64,000 nt of DNA from an uncultured Candidatus Rokubacteria bacterium (GTDB taxonomy: Bacteria > Methylomirabilota > Methylomirabilia > Rokubacteriales > DASRDR01), in NCBI GenBank assembly GCA_963805625.1, contig CAWDVE010000010.1, forward strand, positions 1,440,001 through 1,504,000, given 5' to 3'. Positions within the stretch are counted from its first letter, which is position 1. Each line of letters starts with the position of its first letter. This document shows, piece after piece, positions 27,621 through 38,147 of the stretch. A model generated the notes under the pieces. That model saw nothing but the letters and a program-made list of their open reading frames with translations, ran no database searches and was not told the origin of the DNA. Position numbers and translations under genes: made by a program.

Positions 27621-28576
27621 GAGGCTCCGTAGAGATGGCACGCGACCGCGTGACCGGAAGCGAGGTCGTGGAGCACGGGCATCCTCTCGTCGCAGACCGC
27701 CATGCGCTTCGGGCACCGGTCCCGGAAGGGGCAGGCGGTCGGTGGCGCCGCAAGCACCGGCATCAGCCCCTCGAGCCGGGCACTCGCCTCCGCGCGAACG
27801 TCGGCCCGCAGCACCTGGGTCAGGAGGCCCTGCGTGTAAGGATGCGCGGGCGCCCGGAAGAGCTCCCGGGTCGGCGCCGACTCCACGAGGCAGCCGGCGT
27901 ACATCACCGCGACCCTGTGAGCCAGGTGCGCGACCACCCCGAGATCGTGGGTGACGAAGAGCGTCGCAGCGCGGTGCTCCGCCTGGAGCTCCTCGAGGAG
28001 CCGCAGGATCTGGGCCTGGGTGGTGACGTCGAGCGCCGTCGTCGGCTCGTCCGCGATAACGAGCGTGGGCTCGCAGGAGAACGCCATCGCGATGAGGACG
28101 CGCTGCCGCATCCCTCCCGACAGCTCGTGGGGATAGCGCCGGAGCACGTCCGCCGGCTCGGGCAGGCCGAGGTGGCCGAGGAGCCGGATCATCTCGGCGT
28201 CGGCAGCTTCACGCGAGAGGCCTCGGTGGATCCGGAGCGCGTCCGTCGCCTGGAGCCCGATCCGGAACGCGGGGTTGAGCGCGGAGAGCGGATCCTGCGG
28301 AATGAGCGCGACCTCACCGCCGCGGAGGCGCCGCATCTCGGGCTCGGTGAGCGCGAAGAGGTCCCGGCCCCCGAGGCGGATCGCGCCGGCCTCCACGCGC
28401 CCGGGCCCGGGCAGGAGGCGCACCACGGCGCGCCCGACCGTCGACTTGCCGGCTCCCGACTCCCCCACGAGCCCGAGAACCTCGCCCGCCCCGAGCGTGA
28501 GGTCGACCGCCCACGTCGCGAGCCGCGCGCCGTAGCGGACGGTGAGCCCCTGGATCTCGAGGACTGGCGCGCTCAT
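27617..28576 (-). CDS. Peptide/nickel ABC ATPase, DppD/OppD-like
   Basis: GESGAGKS, LSGGMRQR, DEPTTALDVT, Cys-rich tail. Confidence 0.95.
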   Translation of the reverse strand: MSAPVLEIQGLTVRYGARLATWAVDLTLGAGEVLGLVGESGAGKSTVGRAVVRLLPGPGRVEAGAIRLGGRDLFALTEPEMRRLRGGEVALIPQDPLSALNPAFRIGLQATDALRIHRGLSREAADAEMIRLLGHLGLPEPADVLRRYPHELSGGMRQRVLIAMAFSCEPTLVIADEPTTALDVTTQAQILRLLEELQAEHRAATLFVTHDLGVVAHLAHRVAVMYAGCLVESAPTRELFRAPAHPYTQGLLTQVLRADVRAEASARLEGLMPVLAAPPTACPFRDRCPKRMAVCDERMPVLHDLASGHAVACHLYGAS

Positions 28577-28587
28577 CGAAGCCAGGC

Positions 28588-29412
28588 TCACGCGGTCGTC
28601 CGGAGCCGCGGGTCGAGGCGCTCCCGGAGCCCCTCTCCGAGCAGGTTGAAGCCCACCACCGCCACGATGAGAGCCAGCATGGGGACGCCCATGCCCCACC
28701 AGCTCACCATGAGGTAACCGCGCCCCTCGGCGATCATGGCGCCCCACGACGGGGTGGCCGCCTGGACGCCGAGCCCGACGAACGAGAGCAATGCCTCGAC
28801 GCCGACGGCGATGGCCATCTCGAGGGACACCAGCACGATGATCAGGGGGACGAGGTTTGGCAGGAGCTCCTCGGCCATCACGCGGAGCGGGCGGAGCCCG
28901 ATGGCGCGGGCCGCCTCGACGAACTCGCGCTCCCGGAGCGCCAGGACCTCGCCGCGGATCACGCGGGCGAAGCGCGTCCAATCGACGATCACGATCGCCA
29001 GGACCACCTTCCAGAGCCCGAGGCCGAGGACGGCCATGAGCGCGATTGCCAGGAGAACGGCGGGAATCGACATCCAGACGTCCACCACGCGCATCAGCGC
29101 CGTGTCGACGCGTCCGCGGACGTAGCCCGCGACGAGGGCCACCGGGACCCCGATCAGCGCCGAGATGACCGCGCTCGCCACGGCGACGACCACCGCGACG
29201 CGCGCGCCCCACAGAAGACGCGAGAGAATGTCGCGCCCGAGGCTGTCGGTGCCGAGCGGGTGCCGCCAGGCGCCCCCTGCCCAGACGGGCGGCTGGCGGA
29301 CCGAGACCAGGTCCTGCCGGTTCGGATCGTGTGGCGCGAGGGTGGGGCCGGCCACCGCAAGGAGGAGCAGGAGGAGCGCGATCGCGCCGCCCGCCCAGAG
29401 CTTCCCGTTCAT
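28588..29412 (-). CDS. Peptide/nickel ABC permease, DppC-like
   Basis: HPLGTDSLGRD, EFVEAARAIG, PSWGAMI. Confidence 0.95.
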   Translation of the reverse strand: MNGKLWAGGAIALLLLLLAVAGPTLAPHDPNRQDLVSVRQPPVWAGGAWRHPLGTDSLGRDILSRLLWGARVAVVVAVASAVISALIGVPVALVAGYVRGRVDTALMRVVDVWMSIPAVLLAIALMAVLGLGLWKVVLAIVIVDWTRFARVIRGEVLALREREFVEAARAIGLRPLRVMAEELLPNLVPLIIVLVSLEMAIAVGVEALLSFVGLGVQAATPSWGAMIAEGRGYLMVSWWGMGVPMLALIVAVVGFNLLGEGLRERLDPRLRTTA

Positions 29413-29420
29413 GCCCGCTC

Positions 29421-30431
29421 TCACTGGGCCAGGCGAACGCGGGGGTTCAGGAACACGTACGCCACGTCGACCGCCAGGTTGGAGAGGATGACCGTCACCG
29501 CGTAGACGAGCACGATCCCCTGGATCAGGGGGAAATCCCGGTACTGGAACGCCTGGAGCGTGAGCTGCCCGATGCCAGGCCAAGCGAAGATCGTCTCGAT
29601 CAGCACCGTCCCGCCGATGAGGAAGCCGAACTGGACCCCGACCAGCGTGGTCGTCGGTATGAGCGCGTTCCGCAGCGCTCGCCAGAACAGGATCCGGGCC
29701 TCGCCGAGCCCCTTCATCCGCTCCGTGACGACGTACTCCTCGCCCAGCGCGCTGAGCAGATCCGAGCGGATCGTGCGGAACACGGCCGCGAGGAGCGGCA
29801 GCGCCAGCGCGCTCGCCGGAAGGATCAGGTGGGCGAGGACGGAGCCGAGCGCGGCGGCGTCGCGCCGCAGCAGGACGTCGACGACGGCCGAGCCTGTCAC
29901 CTCCGCCGCCTCGTACTCGGGGGCGATCCGGCCCGAGACAGGCAGCAGCTGGAGGATGGCGCCGAAGACGACGATGAGCAGGAGTCCCCACACGAAGTTT
30001 GGCACGGCGATGCCGAGCATCCCCAGCGACACCGAGCCCGACTCGAGCCAGCTCCGCCGCCGCCACACGGAGCAGGCACCGAGCAGGATGCCGCCTCCCG
30101 TGGCGAGCACGAGGGCGGTGACCGCCAGCTCGAGGGTCGCCGGCAGCCGCTCCAGGATCACGCGGAGCGCGTCCTGCTGGAGCCAGAGCGAGCGCCCAAA
30201 GTTCCCGCGACAGAGGCTCAGGAAGAAGGCGCCGTACTGCGCCCACCAGGATCCGGTCAGGCCGAACTCCCGCCGGACTCGCTCGAGGTCCTGCACCGTC
30301 GAGCCCACCGGCGCCATGAGGATGGCGGGATCGCCCGGCAGGATCCGCAGGATCGCGAACGCGAGCACGCTCACGCCCCAGAGCGAGAGAATCGCCAGGA
30401 GGAGACGGCTCAGCAGGAAGCGGAGGGACAT
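29421..30431 (-). CDS. Peptide/nickel ABC permease, DppB-like
   Basis: PGDPA, RLPATLEL, HLILPA, ETIFAWPGIG, RDFPLIQG. Confidence 0.95.
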   Translation of the reverse strand: MSLRFLLSRLLLAILSLWGVSVLAFAILRILPGDPAILMAPVGSTVQDLERVRREFGLTGSWWAQYGAFFLSLCRGNFGRSLWLQQDALRVILERLPATLELAVTALVLATGGGILLGACSVWRRRSWLESGSVSLGMLGIAVPNFVWGLLLIVVFGAILQLLPVSGRIAPEYEAAEVTGSAVVDVLLRRDAAALGSVLAHLILPASALALPLLAAVFRTIRSDLLSALGEEYVVTERMKGLGEARILFWRALRNALIPTTTLVGVQFGFLIGGTVLIETIFAWPGIGQLTLQAFQYRDFPLIQGIVLVYAVTVILSNLAVDVAYVFLNPRVRLAQ

Positions 30432-30555
30432 GATCAGGGCCCGGGTCCGGGACTCGCCACGAGCATGTCGACGACTGGCCGGACTCTAGCGCAGCTCGAC
30501 GCGGGCCGCAAGGTGGGTTGTCAGCGCTGTGGGAGCCAGCATACCTTCAGTGCCG

Positions 30556-31806
30556 GTGCCTACCGAGCCCCTGCCCGTCTACGCGGTCGTTCCCTTCGCG
30601 GCGATGCTCCTCGCGATCGCCGTCTGCCCCCTCTGGATCCCCCACTGGTGGGAGTCGAATCGGAACAAGCTCGTCCTCGCAGTTGTGCTAGGCCTTCCCG
30701 TGGTGGGGTTCTACGCCGCACGCCATCCGCACGTGCTCCTCGAGACGGCCGAGGAGTACGTGTCATTCATACTGCTGCTGGCGGCGCTCTATGTCATCGC
30801 CGGCGGGATTCGCCTGACCGGCGACCTGGAGGCAACGCCCCTCGTCAACACGACCTTCCTGGCCACCGGCAGCCTCCTCGCGTCCTTCCTCGGCACCACC
30901 GGGGCGTCGATGCTCCTGATCCGTCCGGTTCTCCAGACCAACCGCCAGCGGACGCGCATCACGCACACCGTCGTCTTCTTCATTTTCCTGGTCTCCAACA
31001 TCGGGGGGCTCCTGACCCCGCTCGGGGACCCGCCGCTCTTCCTCGGCTATCTCGAGGGCGTCCCCTTCACCTGGACCTTCCGCCTCCTGCCGCACTGGGT
31101 GTTCACCGTGGCGGTCCTGCTACTGGCGTACTTCGTTTGGGACTCGGTCGCGTACGGGTGGGAGCCGGCCCAGGCCCTCGTCCGCGACGAAGCGCAGCAG
31201 CGCCCCCTGCGACTCGAGGGGACCCTCAACTTCGTTTGGCTCGCGGGCGTGCTGCTCGGCGTGGCTTTCCTTCGCGCCCCCTGGCGGGAGGCGCTGATCC
31301 TGGCTCTCACGGGACTCTCGCTCTGGCAGACGCCGCGAGAGGTGCATCGCGCCAACGAGTTCACGCCTCACCCGATGATCGAGGTTGCCGTGCTCTTCTT
31401 CGGGATCTTCCTCACGATGATCCCCGCGCTCGAGCTCTTGCGGATGCGGGGAGGCGAGCTAGGCGTGCGTGAGCCCTGGCAGTTCTTCTGGGCCACCGGC
31501 GCGCTCTCCTCGTTCCTCGACAACGCGCCGACCTACCTCACCTTCCTCGCGCTGGGCCAAGGGCTCCACCTGACCGACGAGGTCGTGAGAGTGCCCCACA
31601 CGATCCTGGCGGCGATCAGCGTCGGCGCCGTGTTCATGGGCGCGAACACCTACATCGGGAACGCCCCCAACTTCATGGTCAAGGCGATCGCCGAGGCCGC
31701 CCGGGTGCGGATGCCGTCCTTCTTCGGCTACATGGTCTACAGCGCAGGCATTCTCCTGCCCGTGTTCGCCGCCGTCACCTGGCTGTTCTTCCGAACCGCG
31801 CCCTGA
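30556..31806 (+). CDS. Ion-transporter superfamily protein (putative Na+/H+ antiporter, citrate-transport-like)
   Basis: GTTGASMLLIRP, NIGGLLTPLGDPPLFLG, SSFLDNAPTY, TYIGNAPNFMVK. Start approximate. Confidence 0.88.
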   Translation: MPTEPLPVYAVVPFAAMLLAIAVCPLWIPHWWESNRNKLVLAVVLGLPVVGFYAARHPHVLLETAEEYVSFILLLAALYVIAGGIRLTGDLEATPLVNTTFLATGSLLASFLGTTGASMLLIRPVLQTNRQRTRITHTVVFFIFLVSNIGGLLTPLGDPPLFLGYLEGVPFTWTFRLLPHWVFTVAVLLLAYFVWDSVAYGWEPAQALVRDEAQQRPLRLEGTLNFVWLAGVLLGVAFLRAPWREALILALTGLSLWQTPREVHRANEFTPHPMIEVAVLFFGIFLTMIPALELLRMRGGELGVREPWQFFWATGALSSFLDNAPTYLTFLALGQGLHLTDEVVRVPHTILAAISVGAVFMGANTYIGNAPNFMVKAIAEAARVRMPSFFGYMVYSAGILLPVFAAVTWLFFRTAP

Positions 31807-32121
31807 CTGGAAGGTAGCTCCCGGACTCAGGTGGGGACGGAGCGAGGGCAGAGGCTGTCCCCACGCCCCGCCGACGACCGCCCATCGCGTCCGCGCCTCC
31901 ACGAGCGAGGAGCCGTCCGGACATCCGGGCGGTAGAACCGGGAACGAACCAGTCGAGGCCGGGGGCAGGATACCCTCGCACTGGGCCGGCCACCGGAACC
32001 CCGAACCTTCGCAGGTCCTTGCCACCACACGTCCTCCAGGGGGTCGCCCGGTTAGTCGTCAGCCGGGGCAGGGCGATCCTGGACCCCTGGAGGCCCTCCG
32101 TCTGGGCCCTCGGACAGCCCG

Positions 32122-32862
32122 TCAGACGGCCAGGAGACGGTGCTTCAGGGCGGGATTCGCCTCGAGCTCGGCGGCGGGGCCCGCGTGGACGATTCGGCCG
32201 TCGTCGATGACGTACGCGCGATCGGCGAGCCCGAGGGCCATCGAGGAGTTCTGCTCGACGAGCAGGATGGCGATCCCCTCGTTCCGCATCTCCTGGATGA
32301 CCGCCATGATGTCCTCCACGATCCTGGGGGCGAGCCCCTGGGACGGCTCGTCCATGAGGACCAGCCGCGGGTGCATGAGGAGGGCGCGGGCGATCGCGAC
32401 CAGCTGGGCTTCCCCGCCGGAGAGGTGCTCGCCGATCCGGTGCCGGAGACGTCCCAGGATCGGGAAGCGCTCGTAGACCCGCTCGAGTGTCCAGGCCCGC
32501 ACCGCCTCGCGCGGCGGAAGCGCGCGGTTCAGCGCCATGGCGAGGTTCCGCTCCACGGTGAGCGTCGGGAAGACCCGGCGATTGTCCGGCACCCAGGCGA
32601 TCCCCCGGCGCGCGACGAGATGGGTCGGCAGCCCCGTGACGTCGGTACCGTCGAAGGCGATCCGCCCTCGCCGGACCGGGACGAGCCCGAGGATGCTCTT
32701 GATCGCGGTCGTCTTCCCTCGCCCGTTCCGGCCGAGGAGGCAGACCGTCTCGCCCGCCTGGACCTCGAGCGACAGCCCGCGCAGGATCTGGGCGTCTCCG
32801 TAGAAGGTGTCGATCCCCTCGACCGTGAGAAGGGCCGACCCGGGCGAGGGTGGACCGTTCAC
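32122..32862 (-). CDS. livF: Branched-chain-type ABC ATPase, LivF-like
   Basis: GRNGRGKT, LSGGE, DEPSQGLAP, LVEQN. Confidence 0.9.
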   Translation of the reverse strand: MNGPPSPGSALLTVEGIDTFYGDAQILRGLSLEVQAGETVCLLGRNGRGKTTAIKSILGLVPVRRGRIAFDGTDVTGLPTHLVARRGIAWVPDNRRVFPTLTVERNLAMALNRALPPREAVRAWTLERVYERFPILGRLRHRIGEHLSGGEAQLVAIARALLMHPRLVLMDEPSQGLAPRIVEDIMAVIQEMRNEGIAILLVEQNSSMALGLADRAYVIDDGRIVHAGPAAELEANPALKHRLLAV

Positions 32863-33662
32863 GCGCGCGCCCCCCGCGGTGCCGGCGCCCCGAGACGTCC
32901 GAGATAAGCCTCGCGGACTTCGGGGTGGTCCCGGATCGCCGCCGGCGGACCCTCCGCGATGACCTGGCCCCGGTGCAGCACCGTGACGTGGTGCGAGAGC
33001 GTGAGGACGAAGTCCATGTCGTGCTCGATCACGACGATCGTGAGCCGCGCGGAGAGCTGCTGGACCAGCTCGCGGAGCGTCTCCATCGGCCGCATCCCGA
33101 GTCCGCTCGTCGGCTCGTCGAGGAGGAGCAGCTCCGGCTCCCCGGCGAGCGCGACGCCGATCTCGAGCAGGCGTCGCTGGCCGTAGGAGAGATAGCGGGC
33201 GGCAACGCGCTCGCGCCCGGCGAGCCCGATCAGGCGCACGATCTGCGCGGCCCGGTCCTCCGCCTCGGTCACGGAGTCAGCGGGCGTCCAGCAATCGAAG
33301 CCTCGCGCCCGCATCGCGGGCACGGCCACCCGCACGTTCTCGAGCACCGTGTCGTCGTCGAAGAGGTTGAGGACCTGGAACGACCGGCAGATTCCCAGCC
33401 GGGCCCGGCGATGCGGGGGCAGGCGGGTGACGTCTCGCCCCTTGAATCGGATCTCGCCCGCGTCCGCGGCGAGGAAGCCGGTGAGGAGGTTGAAGCACGT
33501 CGTCTTCCCCGCTCCGTTCGGCCCGATCAGGGCCGACAGCCGGCCTGGCTCGAAGGCGAGGTCCACGCCATCGAGGACGACGTGACCGCCGAACGCCTTC
33601 CGGAGGCCGCGCGTCTCGAGGACGGGCGTCGCCCCGGATGCCCCGAGCGAGGCGCCGGTCAT
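32859..33662 (-). CDS. livG: Branched-chain-type ABC ATPase, LivG-like
   Basis: GPNGAGKT, LSYGQRRLLE, IEHDM, VREAYLG. Confidence 0.9.
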   Translation of the reverse strand: MTGASLGASGATPVLETRGLRKAFGGHVVLDGVDLAFEPGRLSALIGPNGAGKTTCFNLLTGFLAADAGEIRFKGRDVTRLPPHRRARLGICRSFQVLNLFDDDTVLENVRVAVPAMRARGFDCWTPADSVTEAEDRAAQIVRLIGLAGRERVAARYLSYGQRRLLEIGVALAGEPELLLLDEPTSGLGMRPMETLRELVQQLSARLTIVVIEHDMDFVLTLSHHVTVLHRGQVIAEGPPAAIRDHPEVREAYLGRLGAPAPRGARA

Positions 33663-34697
33663 GACTCGCGCTCGTCGGGCACGCCCCGGGGGGCGGGCGC
33701 CGAGGACTCGCGCGCGCGGGCCGCCTGGGCCACGCCCGTGTCATGGAACCCGGCCGGCTGGCGGAGCCGCCGCACGACCCCGAGGATGCCCTCGGGCATG
33801 AAGAGGATGACCGCCATGAACAGGACGCCGTAGGCGAGCATCCAGTGGTCGGTCAAGGTCGACAGCACGTCGCGCAACACCAGGAAGACGACGACGCCGA
33901 GGACCGGCCCGTAGAAGCTCGCGAACCCCCCACCGATCAAGCACATGAGGACGACGTTGCCCGACTGCGACAGGCTCATCGGCTCGGCAAAGGCCCCAAA
34001 CCGTGCCAGCGCGTAAAGCCCCCCCGCCAGGCCGGCGAACCCACACGAGAGCGTGAACACCGCCCACTTGTACCGGGCCGCGTCGTACCCGACGGCGCGG
34101 GCGCGCGTCTCGCTCTGCCGGATCGCCCGGATGACCTGGCCGAACGGCGAGTTGACGATCCGCCAGAGGACGACCGTCGCGCCGACGAACCAGGCGTAGA
34201 CGAAGTAGTAGAAGGGCACGTTGTCCCGGAGCGCGTAACCGAGGACCGTCAGCCGGTTGATACCGGTGAGCCCGTCCTCGCCGCCGGTCCACGTGTCGAA
34301 GACGAAGACCATGAACCAGAACATGACGCCGAAGGCGATCGTGAGGAGGGAGAAGTAGATGCCGCGCCGGCGAGCGACGAAGAGCGCGACGACGGCGCCG
34401 CAAGAGGAGCGTCCCCGTTGCCGCCACGGCGAGCGGGAGGGCAAGCCCGCCGGTGACCCACTTCTGGGACATCCCCAGAAGGTAGCCGCCGATCCCGAAG
34501 AACGCCCCGTGGCCGAAGGCCGGGAGGCCGGTGTAGCCGAGCAGCAGGTTGTAGCCGAGGGCGAAGATGGCAAAGATCATCACCTCGGTGCCGAGGTACG
34601 TGTAGCCGAACCGAGGCAGGACGGTCGGCAGCAGGAGGAACAGGGCAAACATCGCCAGCATGGGAGGCGGCGCCCAGCGGGCGAGGACGGTGCCCAC
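33659..34697 (-). pseudogene. livM: LivM-like permease with a +1 frameshift at ~34402 (possibly a sequencing error)
   Basis: LLGYTGLPAFGHGAFFGIG in one frame; GIYFSLLTIAF..TGGEDG..GGFASFYGP in the next. CTCTTGCGGC has one extra T. Confidence 0.85.
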
Positions 34698-34703
34698 GGG
34701 GAA

Positions 34704-35579
34704 CTAGAGCTCCAGGACCGACTTCTGGCCCATGAGGCCGCGGGGGCGCCAGAGCAGGATGACCGCCATGAGAACGTACATCACGAGGATCGAGCCCCGC
34801 GGCACCACGAGGTTCGAGAGCCCGCTCACGGTACCGAGCAGGAGACCGCCGATGACGGCACCCCAGAAGGAACCGATCCCGCCGATCACCACCACGATGA
34901 ATGCGGGCATCACCGCCTCGGCACCCACGGTGGGCTTGAGGCTCCACATCGGCGCCGCGATCACGCCGGCGACGCCCGCCATCACCGTCCCGAGCGAGAA
35001 CACGAGGCTCCGCAGGCGGCCGAGGTCGATCCCGAGCGCCCGCACCATCTCGCCGTCGTGCGCGCCGGCCTTCATGATGGCGCCGTACGGCGTCTTCTCG
35101 AGGAACCACCACACGAGGGCGAGGAGCACGATCGCGAGGACCGCGACGAGGATCCGGTATCGCGAGTAGACGAGGAATCCCCACTGGAAGCGGCCCGCCA
35201 CGAACGCAGGCGCGGAGATCGTGTACCCGCGCGGGGTCCACACGATCCGGATCACTTCCTCCAGCGCCAGCGCGGCGCCGAAGGTGAACAGGAGCCCGAA
35301 GAGGGGATCCTTTCCGTAGGTCCGCCGGACGCCCCGCTCGAGCGCGAATCCGACCAGGCCCACGCCGAGCGGCGCCAGCAGGAGCGCGCCCCACCACCCG
35401 ACGCGCGGCTGGAGCGCGAGCGCGAAGTAGCCGCCCAGGGCGAAGAGGACGCCGTGGGCAAAGTTGATCACCTCCATCGTCCCCAGGATCAGCATGAACC
35501 CAAGCGCGATGAGGGCGTAGAGGAGCCCCAGCACGAGGCCGTTCAGCAGCTGCGTGACGAGCTCGGCCAGCCCCGGCAT
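34704..35579 (-). CDS. livH: Branched-chain-type ABC permease, LivH-like
   Basis: QLLNGL..YALIALG..INFAHG, GGIGSFWG, RPRGLMG. Confidence 0.92.
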   Translation of the reverse strand: MPGLAELVTQLLNGLVLGLLYALIALGFMLILGTMEVINFAHGVLFALGGYFALALQPRVGWWGALLLAPLGVGLVGFALERGVRRTYGKDPLFGLLFTFGAALALEEVIRIVWTPRGYTISAPAFVAGRFQWGFLVYSRYRILVAVLAIVLLALVWWFLEKTPYGAIMKAGAHDGEMVRALGIDLGRLRSLVFSLGTVMAGVAGVIAAPMWSLKPTVGAEAVMPAFIVVVIGGIGSFWGAVIGGLLLGTVSGLSNLVVPRGSILVMYVLMAVILLWRPRGLMGQKSVLEL

Positions 35580-35882
35580 CACCACCTCACTCGCGTGACT
35601 CTGAGAATGTCGGAGCGTGTCCGCTGGCGTCCGGCATGGCGGCGATCACGACGAAGGCGCGCTTCTCATGGAAATCATGGGGGGGCCACCGAGGTGGCCG
35701 ATCCGCCTCACGTGACCCAGCACCCTCGGTACAGGTCGTCCGCCCCGTGATGTCGTCGGTTTCGAGATGGATGGCGGTCACTCCCCGCCGGGGGAAGCCC
35801 CGCACGACCGCCCGGGTTCGGGGGCGGAGGTTGACGATCCTCACCGATCGCCGGCCTCCGCCCGGGCGCGAGCCAGGGCGCT

Positions 35883-37170
35883 CTACCCGCCGTACACCGG
35901 GGTGTCGGCGAGCGACTGCATCTTGCACTTCGAGAGATCGCGCGGCGGCGACACTTCCTCCGGCGAGAGGTCCGCGATCAGCTCGATCAGGTCGTACTTC
36001 TCCTTCATCTCCTTCTCTTTCTTCGCCCGAGCGAGGAAGAGCATCTGGCCGACCAGGTGGTCCCACTCTCTGATCGTCGACGGGTACTTGCGGAAGTTGT
36101 CCTTGATGACGTGCCCCTCGAGCGCCTTGATGACCTCGTGGTTCCGCGTCGTCCCCGCCCGCTCGATCGCCCGGAACAGCTCGCGGGTCGCGATGTACCC
36201 GTTGCACGAGACGTTGTCGGGCACCTCGATCGGCGCGCCAGCCCAGCGCTTGCGGAACCGCTGGTACGAACTCCTGCGCCCCGGGATCCGTCAGGTTGTA
36301 GTGCCACGTCGTCGTGAAGTAGCCGAAGGCCTTCTTGGCGCCGAGCGCGAAGAGGTCGGGGTAGTCCTGCTGCGGGAACACCCAGTGGGCGTCCTTCTCG
36401 GAGCCGAACTCGTTCGCCTGCTCCCGGAGGGCGGTCTGCTCGATGCCCGCCACGTTCGCGAAGACGACCTCGGGCTTGGCGCTGCGGATCCGGAGGAGCT
36501 GGGCGCTGAAGTCACGCGTCCCCTGGGGGACCATCAGCTCCCCTACCTCCTCGGCGCCGACCTTCTTCATGATGTCGCGCGTGCCGGCGGTGACGTTCTT
36601 CCCCCAGACGTAGTCGTGCGTCAGGATGAACCACTTCTTTCCGAGGTTCTTGGCGACGAGCGGCCCGAGCGCCTGGTTGAACATGTAGCCGTTGGCGTCC
36701 CACACGAAGTTGACGCGCTGACACTTCTCGCCGGAGACCGTGTCGGCGCTCGAGTTCGAGTTGAAATAGACGATCCCGTACCGCTGGGCGAGCTCCGAGA
36801 GGGGCGCCGCGACGCCGCTCGACAAGGCGCCGATCATGAAGTCGATCTTGTCGCGCTCGATGAGCTTCTGCGCCTTCCGTACCGCCACCGACGGGTCGGT
36901 CTCGGTGTCCTCCCAGCGGGCCTCGATCGGACGGCCGAGCACGCCGCCGCGGGCGTTCTGCTCCTCGATGGCAAGGATCATCCCGCGCCGGTCCGCCTGG
37001 CCGCTGTCGGCGAAGGTGCCGGTGGCGTCGCAGGTGAGGCCGATGATGAGCGGTTTCTTCGCCTGGGCGCGGGCCCAGCGCCAGTTCCCGATGAAGCCCA
37101 CCCCCGCCCCGAACGCCGCCGCGCCCCTCAGGACCTGCCGTCGGCTCGGTCGCCAGCCCTGGTCAGCCAT
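35883..37170 (-). pseudogene. LivK-like Tat-exported binding protein with a +1 frameshift at ~36264 (possibly a sequencing error)
   Basis: SRRQVL Tat motif, GGVLGRPIE..ED, DYVWG. GAQEFV continues as QRFRKRWAGAPIEVPDN after removing one base. Confidence 0.85.
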
Positions 37171-37209
37171 CGTGCCCCTCCTTGTCTTCCGGGTGGTTGT
37201 TCATCCGCG

Positions 37210-37989
37210 TCACGTCGTCTCGGCCAGTCGCTCCATGGCCCGCAGGCGGTGCGTCTCCACGGCCCGGGTCGCCCGGGGCCAGTCGGCCGCCTCGAGGGCC
37301 CGCAGGATCTCCTCGTGCTCGGCGAGCGACTCGGCCGCGAAGCCGCCCCGCCGCGCGTGCATGATCACGCGGTAGTATTCGCCCCGGTCCCAGACGTTCT
37401 GGAGCAGCTGGAGCACCTGCTTGAGGCCCGAGGCCTCCCAGAGCCGCCGGTGGAACTCGCTGTCCGCCGCGACCGCGAGCGCCGTGTTGCCGGCGCCCCG
37501 GGCCGCGATCATGTCCTTTTGGAGCCCGCGGAGCCCGGCCAGGAGCGGCGGGGTGATCCGGCCTGCGGCCTCGCGCAGGCACAAGGCCTCGAGGGCGGCC
37601 ATCAGGAGGAAGCGCTCGCGGAACTCCCCCGGCGAGAGGCCCGCCACCACCACGTCCTTGTGCGGATTGATCCGGACGAAGCCCTCGCTCTCCAGGCGCC
37701 GGAGCGCCTGGAGCACCGGGATGCGGCTGATGCCTGCCGCCTGGGCGACCGCGCCGGCCACGATGCGCTCACCGGGCGCGAGCCGACCCTCGACGAGGGC
37801 CTGGCGGAGATGACGATAGGCGAGCTCCTCGAGCGTCTGCCGGCGGATGGGCTCCTCGAAGAGGGGGCGGCGGGCGCCGTCGCTCGCCTTGCCGGGCCTG
37901 GATCGCCGCGCCGGAGTGGCGCGCGGCGGCGCATCACGGGACGTGCGGCGCGTCGGCACGAGGGCGGCCCGGCGGGCCCCGGCCTTCAT
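37210..37989 (-). CDS. GntR-family regulator (wHTH + FCD)
   Basis: LAPGERI..GISRIPVLQALRRLESEG; DSEFH, EHEEIL. Confidence 0.92.
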   Translation of the reverse strand: MKAGARRAALVPTRRTSRDAPPRATPARRSRPGKASDGARRPLFEEPIRRQTLEELAYRHLRQALVEGRLAPGERIVAGAVAQAAGISRIPVLQALRRLESEGFVRINPHKDVVVAGLSPGEFRERFLLMAALEALCLREAAGRITPPLLAGLRGLQKDMIAARGAGNTALAVAADSEFHRRLWEASGLKQVLQLLQNVWDRGEYYRVIMHARRGGFAAESLAEHEEILRALEAADWPRATRAVETHRLRAMERLAETT

Positions 37990-37993
37990 GGAC

Positions 37994-38026
37994 TGTATAC
38001 AATATGCATGTGCCCCGTGCTGTCAA
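37994..38026 (-). promoter_or_regulatory. gntR promoter with overlapping palindromic operator
   Basis: Minus strand TTGACA-16 nt-TATTGT; palindrome TGTATACA (37994-38001) 4 nt before the ATG. Confidence 0.65.
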
Positions 38027-38147
38027 GGACGATCGGCCGAAGGCTGGCGGCCTGGGGTGGCCCCTGGGAAACCGCCGAGCGGAGCTCGGGTCTCGCCGGG
38101 ATTCCGGGGAGCCCTCGACCGACGGGGCTCCCCGGGTCGGCGTGACG

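Noticed and set aside
32009-32025. Sigma54-like TGGCA..TGC on the minus strand
   Set aside because: GG to GC spacing is 9 rather than 10, and it points into a convergent gene end.
35587-35880. ORF or structured RNA in the 300-bp gap between the Liv SBP and livH
   Set aside because: No recognisable motif, RBS or convincing stem pattern.
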